From the NCBI GenBank assembly GCA_900320055.1, contig ONQS01000012.1, positions 15,282-79,281 on the forward strand: a stretch of 64,000 nt of DNA, in the 5' to 3' direction. The position numbers were made by a program, and so were the translations under genes. Positions 18,553-28,795 of this stretch are shown one piece after another; the stretch's first letter is position 1, and every line of letters starts with the position of its first letter. The notes under the pieces were generated by a model. The model ran no database searches, was not told where the DNA came from, and saw only the letters and a program-made list of their open reading frames with translations. Source of the DNA: an uncultured Prevotellaceae bacterium. Its GTDB lineage: Bacteria; Bacteroidota; Bacteroidia; Bacteroidales; Muribaculaceae.

Positions 18553-20469
18553 TCATTTCACTTGCTTGAGCACCTTTTTATTAATCTTGGCCGGATACTT
18601 TTTGGCCAGTTCTTTCTTCCACAACTGCTCAAGCACATCCTGATAGTCGCTTGTCACGGCGCCTTTCACGTCGCTCATCTCCTGCGGCTGGCTGATCACG
18701 CCACCCTCGAGAATCATACACTCAGAATAGCCCTTGCGCTCAGGCTTCTCACCCACGTGGAATGCCAGGTAATCGGCCAAGGCATTTTCGCCCTGCTTCA
18801 CCACCATGCGTTCCATGCGGATGTCGCTGCCATACTTCTCGTGGAGCGCATCAGTCAGGGTGTCGCTTGCCATAGTGGCCATATCAGCCTTGACCATGTT
18901 AAGGATGGTATCGTTCTTCGCGCTCAGGATGATGCCCTTGAAGTGCGGCTCATCCCAATTGTACTTGCCACGGTTTTCGGCAAAATATTTCTCCAAGCCA
19001 GCCGTATCCTTTCCTGCAGCCTTCCAGACACGCCGGTTGCTGATTTCAAACAGCAGCATACCATCGCGATACTCATTGAGCAGATTGCGATACTCGGGGT
19101 TGCTCTTGACCAATTCGTTGGCATTGTAGTCTTGGAGTGCCGCATCGGCCATATTGTCGATGCGCGACATCAAGTAATCCTTAGCAGCGGACAGGTTGGT
19201 AAACACAGCCTTATTGTTGAGTTGAGGAAGCAACGACATAACGGGCAACGACTCATTGTTGCCATAGGTCATCAACGGCAGTTTACAGCCCTTGATGGTC
19301 TGAGCCACAAATGCCGAGTCAAACTTGCCAGCGGCATTCAGTGCGTTGGTGATATAATCGATAGCCTCGGGATTAACGCTATAATTATACTTAGCCTTCC
19401 AGTCGCTGAGACGACGTTCCTGGATCAGTTTGTCACGATCATCATGCTTGAACGAATTCTCGATAGCAGGGCGCAACTGCGACAGGGGCTGAATACCATG
19501 AGCGACCTTCTTGATGATATGGTAGCCATACTGGGTTGCAAACGGCTCACTGATAGCGCCATCGGCAAGTTCAAATGCCACCTTCTCAAATGGCGGCACC
19601 ATGCGTCCACGGCCAAACCATCCGAGGTCACCGCCACGGTTGGCACTGCCGTCCTGCGACTCCTTCTTGGCCAACTCCTCAAAATCAGCACCAGCCTGCA
19701 GCAACGCATAGATGGAGTCCATCTGAGCCTTGCATGCGGCCTTCTGCTCATCGGTAGCGCCATGAGGGAAAAGTTTGAGAATATGCTTAGCATGCACATC
19801 CTCGCGGTCACGCTTGCCATTGACGCGGATCATATGCACACCATACTTTGTGGCGAAAGGCTTCGATACCTCTCCTACGGGAGTGCCATAAGCCACGTTC
19901 TCGAAGTCATACGGGAACATCAATGATGAGATGAAACCATAGTGGCCGTGGTTGCGAGTCTTACTCGGGTCGCTGGAATACTTATCGACCAGATCTTCCC
20001 ACTTCTCACCATTGAGCACACAATTGCGGATGCTGTCCATGCGGTTCATGTTAGCCATCGTCTCGGCCGCAGAGCCTACCGGAAGCATGAAGTGATCGAT
20101 GTCGATCTGCTGCTTGTAACGGTCGTAAGCCTCTTGGATAAACTGCCAGCGATAGGTGGTATCTTCAGTGATATAGGGGGCTGCCAGATCCTTCTGATAG
20201 CCCTCAAATTCCTTGATGAACAGGCTTGTGGTGTCGATACCTGCAGCCTCAGCGTCGGCCACCTTCTGCTTATAGAGCACAAAGCGGTCCACATACTGCT
20301 CGAGGGTTTCCTTTTCGATCTGTTGCTGATTGTTCTTGTGATAGAGATACTCAAACTCAGAGAGTTTGATGTCTTTGCCGTTGATGGTCATGAGGACAGG
20401 ATCCCCCTTAGCAATAGCGAGGATCGCCGTGCCCAACAGCAATGAAGAAATCAAGAGTTTTACTTTCAT
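18553..20469 (-). CDS. Parvulin-type peptidyl-prolyl isomerase (two rotamase domains)
   Basis: Signal peptide. YSSDP...HGHYG...FENVAY and HAKHIL...SQDGSANRGGDLGWFGRGRMVPPFEKVAF...TQYGYHII. Confidence 0.88.
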   Translation of the reverse strand: MKVKLLISSLLLGTAILAIAKGDPVLMTINGKDIKLSEFEYLYHKNNQQQIEKETLEQYVDRFVLYKQKVADAEAAGIDTTSLFIKEFEGYQKDLAAPYITEDTTYRWQFIQEAYDRYKQQIDIDHFMLPVGSAAETMANMNRMDSIRNCVLNGEKWEDLVDKYSSDPSKTRNHGHYGFISSLMFPYDFENVAYGTPVGEVSKPFATKYGVHMIRVNGKRDREDVHAKHILKLFPHGATDEQKAACKAQMDSIYALLQAGADFEELAKKESQDGSANRGGDLGWFGRGRMVPPFEKVAFELADGAISEPFATQYGYHIIKKVAHGIQPLSQLRPAIENSFKHDDRDKLIQERRLSDWKAKYNYSVNPEAIDYITNALNAAGKFDSAFVAQTIKGCKLPLMTYGNNESLPVMSLLPQLNNKAVFTNLSAAKDYLMSRIDNMADAALQDYNANELVKSNPEYRNLLNEYRDGMLLFEISNRRVWKAAGKDTAGLEKYFAENRGKYNWDEPHFKGIILSAKNDTILNMVKADMATMASDTLTDALHEKYGSDIRMERMVVKQGENALADYLAFHVGEKPERKGYSECMILEGGVISQPQEMSDVKGAVTSDYQDVLEQLWKKELAKKYPAKINKKVLKQVK

Positions 20470-20539
20470 CTTAGTCGGTTTGAAATCTGTATTTTATGTT
20501 TTTTCATTCTTATGTACTATAATGTAACGCAAGCATCTC

Positions 20540-20583
20540 AAAAAAATTATATCCCGGCTTGATTTTTTTTCAAGTCGGGATAT
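20540..20583 (-). terminator. Intrinsic terminator after recQ
   Basis: ATATCCCGGCTTG / CAAGTCGGGATAT stem with a T-run on the minus strand. Confidence 0.7.
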
Positions 20584-20661
20584 GCTGTTTCCGAAACATC
20601 AAGGATTATTTGCAGTCTGGACGAAACACATGCCGTGAGATGGCCCACCAGTTTTATTGGC

Positions 20662-22839
20662 TTAGTTACCCATCTCGCTCAAGAACTTGATGCGCACAAG
20701 CCGGATTTCCTCCTCGGTGTAATCGTCGCCGAGTTCCTGCATAGCGGTCTCGATGTCGTCGGTATCGCTCTCCTTGAAATACTCAAAGATGTCGTCGACA
20801 AAGTCATCGTCGATTCTCTCATCAATATAGTAGGAGACATTGATTTTAGTGCCGCTATAGACGATAGCCTCCAGTTCGTCGAGCAATTCTTCCATCTCAA
20901 GATCCTTGCTCTCGGCCAGCGTGTCGAGAGGCACCTTGCGGTCGATGGCGGTGATGAGTTCCACCTTGAGTTTGCTCTTGTTGGCCACGGTGCGCACGCG
21001 CATGTCCTCGGGGCGTTCTATCTCATTCTCCTCAACATACTTCTTGATCAACTCGATAAACTCCTTGCCATATCGCTTGGCCTTGCCAGGTCCCACACCG
21101 GGTATGTTCTGCAACTCCTCGATGGTGATGGGATAGGTCGTGGCCATAGCGTCGAGCGATGGCTCCTGAAAGATGACGTAGGTGGGCAGTCCATGCTGCT
21201 TGGCAATCTTGCGTCGCAAGTCCTTGAGGATGCTAAACAACTCGGCATCGACAGCCCCGCTGCCGCCGCCACGCAGTTCCTCGTCCATCATCTCGGTGTA
21301 GGGGTTATCCTCGACAATCCAGAATTTCTCGCGGCTTTCCAGGAATTTTTTGCCCTCTTTGGTCACCTTGATGACGCCATAGTTCTCGATATCCTTGGCC
21401 AGATAGTCGGCAAAGACGCCCTGACGGATTACCGCGAGCAGGAATTTCTCGTCACGATCGCTGGCACAGCCAAACACATCCAGTTCGTCATGTTTATAAC
21501 CTTGTATATCACTGGTAGCGTCACCCATCATCACATGAGCGATATATTCGGGCTTGAAGCGCTCACGCAGTGTGATAATCGTCTCGATAGCGGCACGGAG
21601 TTCCTCACCAGCCTCGACCCGCTTTTTGGGCTTAAGGCAGTTGTCACAGTTGCCGCAGTTGTCCTGGTCATAGGACTCACCGAAGTAATGCAGCAGCGAG
21701 CGACGCCTACATACCGACGACTCGGCATAGTCGCGCGTCTCGAGCAACAACTGCTTGCCGATTTCCTGCTCGGCAATGGGTTTGCCCTGCATGAACTTCT
21801 CGAGTTTGTCCAGATCCTTGCGCGAGTAGAAGGTTATGCACTTGCCCTCGCCGCCGTCGCGTCCGGCACGTCCTGTCTCCTGGTAATACCCTTCCAGGCT
21901 CTTGGGGATGTCATAGTGGATGACGAACCTCACATCGGGCTTGTCGATACCCATGCCAAATGCGATGGTTGCCACAATCACGTCCACATCCTCGCTCAAG
22001 AAGGCGTCCTGATTATTGCTCCTCAACTGGCTCTCCATGCCGGCATGATATGGCAACGCCTTGATATCATTCAAGCGGAGCACTTCGGCCAGTTCCTCCA
22101 CCTTCTTACGGCTCAGGCAATAGATGATGCCCGACTTTCCCTCATTGGCCTTGATGAACTTAATGATCTCCCGGTCGACATCCTTGGTTTTGGGGCGCAC
22201 CTCATAGTAGAGATTGGAACGATTAAACGACGACTTGAAAACAGCGGCGTTGGTCATGCTTAGATTTTTCTGAATATCGTGCTGCACCTTGGGCGTTGCC
22301 GTCGCTGTAAGGGCGATAATCGGGCGGACACCAATACGGTTGATGATCGGGCGGATATTGCGATACTCAGGGCGGAAATCATGTCCCCACTCCGAGATAC
22401 AGTGGGCCTCATCGACGGCATAGAACGAGATAGGCACATCCTTGAGAAACGCCACGTTATCCTCCTTGGTCAGAGACTCTGGTGCCACATAGAGCAACTT
22501 GGTGCGTCCGCTGCGCACGTCGGCTTTCACCTCCTCGATAGCCTGCTTGGTCAATGACGAGTTCAGAAAATGAGCGATACCGTCTTCCTCGCTGTAACTG
22601 CGCATGGCATCCACCTGATTCTTCATCAAGGCGATGAGCGGAGAGATGACAATAGCGGTACCCTCCATCAGGCGAGCCGGCAGTTGGTAACATAGCGACT
22701 TGCCGCCACCAGTGGGCATTAGCACAAAGGTATCTTGCTCAGCAAGAAGGTTCTCGATAATCGCCTCCTGATTGCCCTTAAACGTCTCAAAGCCAAAATA
22801 CTCCTTGAGCGCTGCCGTCAACTTACTGTTCTTCGCCAT
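20662..22839 (-). CDS. recQ: ATP-dependent DNA helicase RecQ
   Basis: PTGGGKSLCYQ, VDEAHCISEWGHDFRP, QETGRAGRDG, Zn-binding CRR...CGNCDNC and HRDC domains. Likely start MAKNSK. Confidence 0.96.
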   Translation of the reverse strand: MAKNSKLTAALKEYFGFETFKGNQEAIIENLLAEQDTFVLMPTGGGKSLCYQLPARLMEGTAIVISPLIALMKNQVDAMRSYSEEDGIAHFLNSSLTKQAIEEVKADVRSGRTKLLYVAPESLTKEDNVAFLKDVPISFYAVDEAHCISEWGHDFRPEYRNIRPIINRIGVRPIIALTATATPKVQHDIQKNLSMTNAAVFKSSFNRSNLYYEVRPKTKDVDREIIKFIKANEGKSGIIYCLSRKKVEELAEVLRLNDIKALPYHAGMESQLRSNNQDAFLSEDVDVIVATIAFGMGIDKPDVRFVIHYDIPKSLEGYYQETGRAGRDGGEGKCITFYSRKDLDKLEKFMQGKPIAEQEIGKQLLLETRDYAESSVCRRRSLLHYFGESYDQDNCGNCDNCLKPKKRVEAGEELRAAIETIITLRERFKPEYIAHVMMGDATSDIQGYKHDELDVFGCASDRDEKFLLAVIRQGVFADYLAKDIENYGVIKVTKEGKKFLESREKFWIVEDNPYTEMMDEELRGGGSGAVDAELFSILKDLRRKIAKQHGLPTYVIFQEPSLDAMATTYPITIEELQNIPGVGPGKAKRYGKEFIELIKKYVEENEIERPEDMRVRTVANKSKLKVELITAIDRKVPLDTLAESKDLEMEELLDELEAIVYSGTKINVSYYIDERIDDDFVDDIFEYFKESDTDDIETAMQELGDDYTEEEIRLVRIKFLSEMGN

Positions 22840-23021
22840 ATTGTTTTTTATGATCAATTTAGGGTTTGCAATGATTTCACAAATATAGTACTATTTGCGG
22901 AACTGCACAATGTTTTAGGGAAAAATATTTCTCGTCTTCACTCATTCGCGATTATCCATCGCGTTAAAACCGCTCCAGATAATCGCGAGCGAAGACACGC
23001 GCAAAGCACATGGTAATCAGC

Positions 23022-24269
23022 CTAGTTGCATGCCGACAGGATATCAAAGTTAGACTCTGACAGTTGTCTCTCGGCATACTCCTTTGTGAGCACATAGCGT
23101 TTGGACTTGAGCGAGGGTGCCTGATACATCACATCGATCATGATGGTTTCAAACAGACTCCTCAGACCACGAGCGCCCAATTTGTACTCAATCGATTTAT
23201 CAACAATAAATCCTAGCACATCGTCCTCTATCACCAGTTCCACGCCATCCATCTCGAGCAGTTTCTTATACTGACGGACAATCGCGTTTTTGGGCTCGGT
23301 GAGAATGCGCAACAGCGCATCACGGTCCAGAGGCTCCAGATTGGTGAGGATGGGCAGACGACCGATGATTTCAGGGATGAGTCCGTAACTGCGCAAGTCC
23401 TGCGGGGCCACAAAGTGCAGCAATTTGTCCCTGTCGGCCTTGCTCACATGGTTACCCGCGCCGAAGCCCACCACGTGGGTGTTAAGGCGCTGGGCAATCT
23501 TGCGCTCGATGCCCTCAAAGGCACCTCCGCAGATAAACAGGATGTTCTTGGTATTGACAGGAACCATCTTCTGCTCGGGGTGCTTGCGGCCGCCCTGGGG
23601 CGGGACGTTAACCACCGATCCCTCAAGCAACTTGAGCAGTCCCTGCTGCACACCTTCACCACTGACATCACGCGTGATGGATGGGTTGTCACCCTTGCGG
23701 GCTATCTTATCGATCTCGTCGATAAATACGATGCCACGCTCGGCTTCAGCGACATTATAGTCACAGGCCGCCAACAGCCTGGTCAGCAGGCTCTCGATAT
23801 CCTCTCCGACATATCCGGCCTCGGTGAGCACGGTGGCGTCGACGATAGCGAACGGGACTTTGAGCATCTTGGCGATAGTCTTAGCCAGCAGCGTCTTGCC
23901 CGTACCGGTAGGACCCACAATGATGATGTTACTCTTCTCAATCTCGATGTCATCGTCGCGGCGCTGATTGAGTCGCTTATAGTGGTTGTAAACAGCCACC
24001 GACAGGTAGCGCTTGGCCGTGTCTTGGCCGATAACATACTGGTCGAGATATTCCTTGATTTCCTGCGGCTTGGGCAGGTCGTCCAGGTCCAAGTCGGTTA
24101 GTGACGAGGCTGCAATCTTGTTGAGATACTCATGCGTCAATTCCACGGCTCGCTCTGCACAGTCGTTGCAGATGCAACCGTTCATGCCCGGCAGCATCAA
24201 CTCCACCTCATGCTCACTGCGACCGCAGAAACTACAATATAGCACAGATTGTTCTTTCTTTTTTGCCAT
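23022..24269 (-). CDS. clpX: ATP-dependent Clp protease ATP-binding subunit ClpX
   Basis: CSFCG...ICNDC zinc finger, GPTGTGKT, FIDEIDK, RDVSGEGVQQ and the VGF loop. Confidence 0.97.
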   Translation of the reverse strand: MAKKKEQSVLYCSFCGRSEHEVELMLPGMNGCICNDCAERAVELTHEYLNKIAASSLTDLDLDDLPKPQEIKEYLDQYVIGQDTAKRYLSVAVYNHYKRLNQRRDDDIEIEKSNIIIVGPTGTGKTLLAKTIAKMLKVPFAIVDATVLTEAGYVGEDIESLLTRLLAACDYNVAEAERGIVFIDEIDKIARKGDNPSITRDVSGEGVQQGLLKLLEGSVVNVPPQGGRKHPEQKMVPVNTKNILFICGGAFEGIERKIAQRLNTHVVGFGAGNHVSKADRDKLLHFVAPQDLRSYGLIPEIIGRLPILTNLEPLDRDALLRILTEPKNAIVRQYKKLLEMDGVELVIEDDVLGFIVDKSIEYKLGARGLRSLFETIMIDVMYQAPSLKSKRYVLTKEYAERQLSESNFDILSACN

Positions 24270-24278
24270 ATCTTGACT

Positions 24279-24980
24279 TTACTCAGGTTTGTTCTCGGCA
24301 CGTGCGGCACTCTGCTCGCGGACGAGAACCTTGTCGATCATGCCATAGTCCTTGGCCTCGGCGGCTGTCATCCAATAGTCACGGTCACTGTCGGCATAGA
24401 CCTTGTCATAAGGCTGTCCCGAGTGGTCACTGATGATGGTGTACAGTTCCTGCTTGAGTTTAATAATCTCACGCGAGGTGATCTCTATGTCGGAAGCCTG
24501 TCCGCTGATGCCACCCATCGGCTGATGAATCATGACACGGCTGTGGGTGAGGGCAAAGCGCTTATCGCGCTGTCCGGCCACGAGCAACACTGCGGCCATC
24601 GAGGCTGCCATGCCGGTGCAGATGGTAGACACATCGCTCTGGATATACTGCATGGTATCATAAATGCCCAGGCCAGCATACACCGATCCGCCAGGAGAAT
24701 TGATATATAATGAGATATCCTTGCCAGGATCTGTGCTGTCCAGATAGAGCAGTTGTGCTTGGATCACATTGGCGGTGTAGTCATCGACCTGCGTTCCCAT
24801 GAAGATGATGCGGTCCATCATCAGTCGCGAGAAAACATCGAGTTGGGTGACGTTCAACTTGCGCTCTTCCATAATGGTAGGCGAAATATAGTTGTTAGAC
24901 ACGCTGGCAGCAAACTGGTCAAGAGCCAGTCCATTCATGCCCAGATGATGAACGGCAAATTTTCTGAATTCGTTTTCCAT
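24279..24980 (-). CDS. clpP: ATP-dependent Clp protease proteolytic subunit
   Basis: DVFSRLMMDRIIF, YINSPGGSV, GMAASMAA (Ser) and MIHQP (His). Confidence 0.97.
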   Translation of the reverse strand: MENEFRKFAVHHLGMNGLALDQFAASVSNNYISPTIMEERKLNVTQLDVFSRLMMDRIIFMGTQVDDYTANVIQAQLLYLDSTDPGKDISLYINSPGGSVYAGLGIYDTMQYIQSDVSTICTGMAASMAAVLLVAGQRDKRFALTHSRVMIHQPMGGISGQASDIEITSREIIKLKQELYTIISDHSGQPYDKVYADSDRDYWMTAAEAKDYGMIDKVLVREQSAARAENKPE

Positions 24981-25147
24981 AAAACAAAAGTGTTGGTTTA
25001 ATTATTAATTTTTGTTCAAAGATACTATATTATTCTCAATCACCCAACGCCTAGGGCAACTTTTTTATCTACAATGCACATTTGCTACCCGCTACCGACA
25101 AAAACCGCGCCAAATGCCATCACATGACAAAAATGTCACGTTGATAT

Positions 25148-25187
25148 AAAAAAAGTGGGGCAAGGTAGTCAACACCCTGCCCCACTT
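25148..25187 (-). terminator. Intrinsic terminator after tig
   Basis: GTGGGGCA(A)GG / CCCTGCCCCAC stem with T7 on the minus strand. Confidence 0.7.
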
Positions 25188-25216
25188 GATGTCACAGCAT
25201 CAATACCTTGCGTCGA

Positions 25217-26587
25217 TTACTTCTCGTCCTTCTCATAGAGTTTGCGGAAGTCCTCTACGCTGATGCTCTTCTCGTTGACCTTAACGGCCTCCTTGACGGC
25301 AGCAAAGAACTTGTTGTCGATGGCATGCTCCTGAATCATCTCGCGGGCGCGGTCATCCTGCATGAAGCGCTCGGCCTGCTGGCGGATGAGGTCCTCGGGT
25401 GCGTTATAGATGCCATATTGTGACAACTGCTGCTGAGCGAAGATAAAGGCAGCGGTGTCGATGTCTTCCTTCTCCACCTTGATGCCCAGTTCCTGAGCCA
25501 GATGATCCTTAACGAGTTGCCAGCGCAACTGCTGGAACATGGTCTTAGCCTCCTCGTCGGTCACCTCGGTGTTCTCCTTCTGGTCCTGCTCACGGCGCAC
25601 CTTGAGGAAACGCTTCAGGAACTCCTCGGGCAACTGCAGTTCACCAGCCTTATCGGTGAGGATGCGCTGAGCATCGACGGTGAAACGGTAGTTGCTCTCG
25701 GGCACGTTAGCCTTGACGATCATGTCGCGGACAGCCTCACGGAAAGCGGCTTCGTCCTTGACCTCGGTCTCGGTACCCAGCACGCCCTTGAAGAACTCCT
25801 CGTTCATCTCGGCCTCCTTGTTGACCTTAATTTCCTCGATGGTGACGCGGAAGTCGCTCTTCACGTCGGCCACATTGCGGTCCACGTTGAGCATCGATGC
25901 CAGTTCAGCGATGTTGCCGTTGTTGGCCTTGTGGGGATTGAAGACAAAGGTGTCACCCACCTTAACGCCGACAAATTTAGCGGCCTCGTCCTCATCGACC
26001 ATATAGCGCGGCGAGATCACGGTGCGCTCCACCTTGATACCGTCCTGCTTGTCGTTGCCCTGCTCGTCGAGTTCGACCATCGAGCCACGCAGCATCGACT
26101 CCTTGTCGCTCACCTCACCATCGACGAGGGTACCCAGACGCTTGCGGTCGTGAGCGATAGCGTCATCGACCATCTGGTCGGTCACTTCGATATTGTAATA
26201 TGGCACATTGATGCGCTTGTTCAGTTTGAGTTCGATGGCGGGAGCGATACCCAGATCATACTTGAAGGTCATCTCTTCGTCCTTCATGATATCCACCTTG
26301 GTATCCTCGTTGGGCAAGGGCTCGCCCAGCACCTGCAACTTGTTGTCGCGGATGTAATCATACACGGCACGTCCCACCTTGCGGTCAACCACGTCGGCGG
26401 TTACGCTGGGGCCGTAGAACTTCATCAACAGGTTCTTGGGGGCCTTACCGGGGCGGAAACCCTTCAGCGGGTGGCGTACGCCCATCTGTGCGACTTCCTT
26501 ATTAACGTCGCTTGCAAAATCTTCTCTCTTGAGCACGACGGTGAGCAGTCCGTTCACCGCATCGATCTGTTCAAAACTTACGTTCAT
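25217..26587 (-). CDS. tig: Trigger factor
   Basis: Start MNVSFEQID, ribosome-binding motif GFRPGKAP and position upstream of clpP-clpX. A TAATTTTG box lies at 26637-26644. Confidence 0.92.
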   Translation of the reverse strand: MNVSFEQIDAVNGLLTVVLKREDFASDVNKEVAQMGVRHPLKGFRPGKAPKNLLMKFYGPSVTADVVDRKVGRAVYDYIRDNKLQVLGEPLPNEDTKVDIMKDEEMTFKYDLGIAPAIELKLNKRINVPYYNIEVTDQMVDDAIAHDRKRLGTLVDGEVSDKESMLRGSMVELDEQGNDKQDGIKVERTVISPRYMVDEDEAAKFVGVKVGDTFVFNPHKANNGNIAELASMLNVDRNVADVKSDFRVTIEEIKVNKEAEMNEEFFKGVLGTETEVKDEAAFREAVRDMIVKANVPESNYRFTVDAQRILTDKAGELQLPEEFLKRFLKVRREQDQKENTEVTDEEAKTMFQQLRWQLVKDHLAQELGIKVEKEDIDTAAFIFAQQQLSQYGIYNAPEDLIRQQAERFMQDDRAREMIQEHAIDNKFFAAVKEAVKVNEKSISVEDFRKLYEKDEK

Positions 26588-26857
26588 TACTTGTTCTGTA
26601 TTGTCTATTAAATATTTAATTCTCAAAAAACGGCTGCAAAATTACTACATTTCGGACGATACGCAAAATTTAACCGCCACTTTTTATAAAAAAGCGAGAA
26701 CCGAAATCGATAATTTCGGTCGCGCGCAGGTTGCTCGCCCGACAAGCCACACCAGGCACCAAGCCATCACCCAACCGCCATCAGCCCATGCATTACCAAG
26801 ACATGGGCTTGGGGCATTCCGTATCAGATTTTCTCGACATGCCGGGCACGCCGACCG

Positions 26858-26893
26858 AAAAAAAGGGACAGCCGCACCATGCCGACTGCCCTT
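26858..26893 (-). terminator. Intrinsic terminator after ECF sigma gene
   Basis: AAGGGCAGTCG...CGGCTGTCCCTT followed by a T-run on the minus strand. Confidence 0.7.
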
Positions 26894-26930
26894 ATATCAT
26901 TATGAAGATATCGCTCACATTCTTATAGCA

Positions 26931-27521
26931 TCACAGGGTGAGGACAATGTTATGCTCCTCGGCCATGCGCCTCATGTTCAGTATGGCATATCGCATGCGG
27001 CCCAAAGCGGTGTTGATGCTCACGCCGGTCGTGTCGGCAATCTCTTTGAAACTCATATTCATGTAATAACGCATGGTGAGCACTTCGCGCTGGCTCTCGG
27101 GCAACGCACGGATGAGGCGTCGCACATCGCTGTGAATCTGAGACATGACCAAATCATCCTCGATCGTACTGTCTGACAATTCCCTGCGATTGAGAATATT
27201 AACGTCGGTATCGTCGGTGGACTGAAGGTTCTCGGCCTTAGCCTGACGGAAGTAATCGATGATGAGATTGTGGGCAATGCGGGTAATCCAAGCCGAGAAA
27301 TGGCCATTTTCCACATAGCGTCCCTGCTTGATGGTCATGATGGCCTTGACAAATGTATCCTGAAAAATGTCATCGGCCAGTTCCTCGTTTCGCACCGAGT
27401 GATTTATATACATGAAAATACGGTCTTTGTGTCGCTCCAGCAGCGCATCAAAGGCCTCATTCTTGCCATCGACATACAGCGAAATGAGTTGCTCATCGCT
27501 CTTGTCATTATAGTTATTCAT
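26931..27521 (-). CDS. ECF-type RNA polymerase sigma-70 factor
   Basis: Region 2 ADDIFQDTFVKA...FSAWITRIAHNLIIDYFR and region 4 LPESQREVLTMRYYMNMSFKEIADTTGVSINTALGRMRYA. Confidence 0.92.
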   Translation of the reverse strand: MNNYNDKSDEQLISLYVDGKNEAFDALLERHKDRIFMYINHSVRNEELADDIFQDTFVKAIMTIKQGRYVENGHFSAWITRIAHNLIIDYFRQAKAENLQSTDDTDVNILNRRELSDSTIEDDLVMSQIHSDVRRLIRALPESQREVLTMRYYMNMSFKEIADTTGVSINTALGRMRYAILNMRRMAEEHNIVLTL

Positions 27522-27703
27522 TACTAAATATTTTATGTAAATCCGGCTATGCCCAGCAAAATCAAATCTGGATTTGACCCTGTTTACAACATGCTCAGAT
27601 TTTGGTCAATAATGAGTAATGTTCGTCGATAGGCAGATATTTTAGTGTTTAATTGTCATTAAAAGTGATTAACTCTGGTACGAAATCAACGGATTTCGGG
27701 CTG

Positions 27704-27711
27704 CAAATATA
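27704..27711 (-). promoter_or_regulatory. Sigma-A -7 box (TATATTTG) giving a ~175-nt leader on the ECF sigma mRNA
   Basis: Exact TAnnTTTG match; I saw no other match between it and the ATG at 27521. Confidence 0.55.
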
Positions 27712-27782
27712 GGTAAATTAAAAAAAACCGCAAGTTTTTTTCAGAAAAAAGTGACTTTCTTGTAAAAATTTGACCTATTTCG

Positions 27783-28112
27783 TCAACGGCGACGACGCAT
27801 GCGCAAGAGCCATCGGGCCAACCTGAAACCGACCAGCACATAGTCGGCGGTTTTCAAGTGGCTGACAGTCCCAGGGCTGAACATGAGGGCTCTTACACCA
27901 TTGGCAGCAACGTTGCTCTTCACCCCCTCCACATTATATTGCATGGAGGCACGCTCCACCTCGCGACGCACAAGCGCCTTGCCGCGGGCTCGCTTCAACT
28001 CGTCAAGCGTCATTCCGCGCCAATTATCGGGTGCATCCGGTGTTATTACGGGCATCTGCGACTGCTGCACCGTTTCGTTGACGCTACTGGATGTATCATT
28101 CAAGGGTGTCAT
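27783..28112 (-). CDS. Hypothetical protein (basic, amphipathic C-terminus), last gene of the YtxH operon
   Basis: ATG start 3 nt after the holin-family stop; coherent operon orientation. Confidence 0.75.
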   Translation of the reverse strand: MTPLNDTSSSVNETVQQSQMPVITPDAPDNWRGMTLDELKRARGKALVRREVERASMQYNVEGVKSNVAANGVRALMFSPGTVSHLKTADYVLVGFRLARWLLRMRRRR

Positions 28113-28115
28113 GTG

Positions 28116-28466
28116 CTACTCTTTGTCTTCGGGTTTAAGGAACAACTTGCTGACAAAGCGCGCAACGGGGTCGACGATGAGTTGCCGCTTGAATGCGAAC
28201 ACCACAAGCAGCAGCACCAGCAGGATGCCCACAGCGATCAACTGTGCGCCCCAGGTGCACCCCAAGGCCTCGGCCAGCACACTGATCAAAGCCGAGAACA
28301 AGAGTTGCAGTATAAAGGCGCAGATGATGAAAACCACACCCACAAATGCAATCGACGACAGCAGTATGGCCATCTTCTCGACGGCGGTGAGTTTGGTATA
28401 ATTCCACTCCAACGAGAAGAAGCGGCGCGCTTCGGCTAGAAGTTTTTTATAATCTATCTCATTCAT
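28116..28466 (-). CDS. Phage-holin-family (YqjE/holin_3_6-like) two-TM membrane protein
   Basis: EYxKL-like segment EWNYTKLTAVEK followed by two TM helices and FKRQLIVDPVARF. Confidence 0.8.
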   Translation of the reverse strand: MNEIDYKKLLAEARRFFSLEWNYTKLTAVEKMAILLSSIAFVGVVFIICAFILQLLFSALISVLAEALGCTWGAQLIAVGILLVLLLVVFAFKRQLIVDPVARFVSKLFLKPEDKE

Positions 28467-28557
28467 GTCACGACATGATTACGTCCACCACATGGCAGGA
28501 TGGCGCGCCAGGACCTGCATCCTGGCACACCGTCTGTCATGGTGATATGCTATTTTG

Positions 28558-28755
28558 TCAGTCTTCGATCTGAGCACTGATCTGCTTAACCAGTTGCTCT
28601 ACCTCGTCGTCGCTGAAGTCGATGCCGTTCTTCTTAAGCATCTCCTTGATGCGGCTACGCAGGTCTGAACCCTTCTCGGGAGCGAACAAGATGGCAGCCG
28701 AAGCGCCAACCAGTGCACCACCCAGAAATGCGTACAATAAACTTAATCCTTTCAT
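28558..28755 (-). CDS. YtxH-domain protein (copy 2)
   Basis: AFLGGALVGASAAILFAPEKGSDLR is the YtxH signature. Confidence 0.88.
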   Translation of the reverse strand: MKGLSLLYAFLGGALVGASAAILFAPEKGSDLRSRIKEMLKKNGIDFSDDEVEQLVKQISAQIED

Positions 28756-28795
28756 TGCTGTATTTTTTATAAAATAGTGATTTGTAATTCAGTGA

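Noticed and set aside
28116-28466. Holin-family gene as evidence of a prophage
   Set aside because: No endolysin, structural, integrase or other phage gene is nearby. This family is commonly chromosomal.
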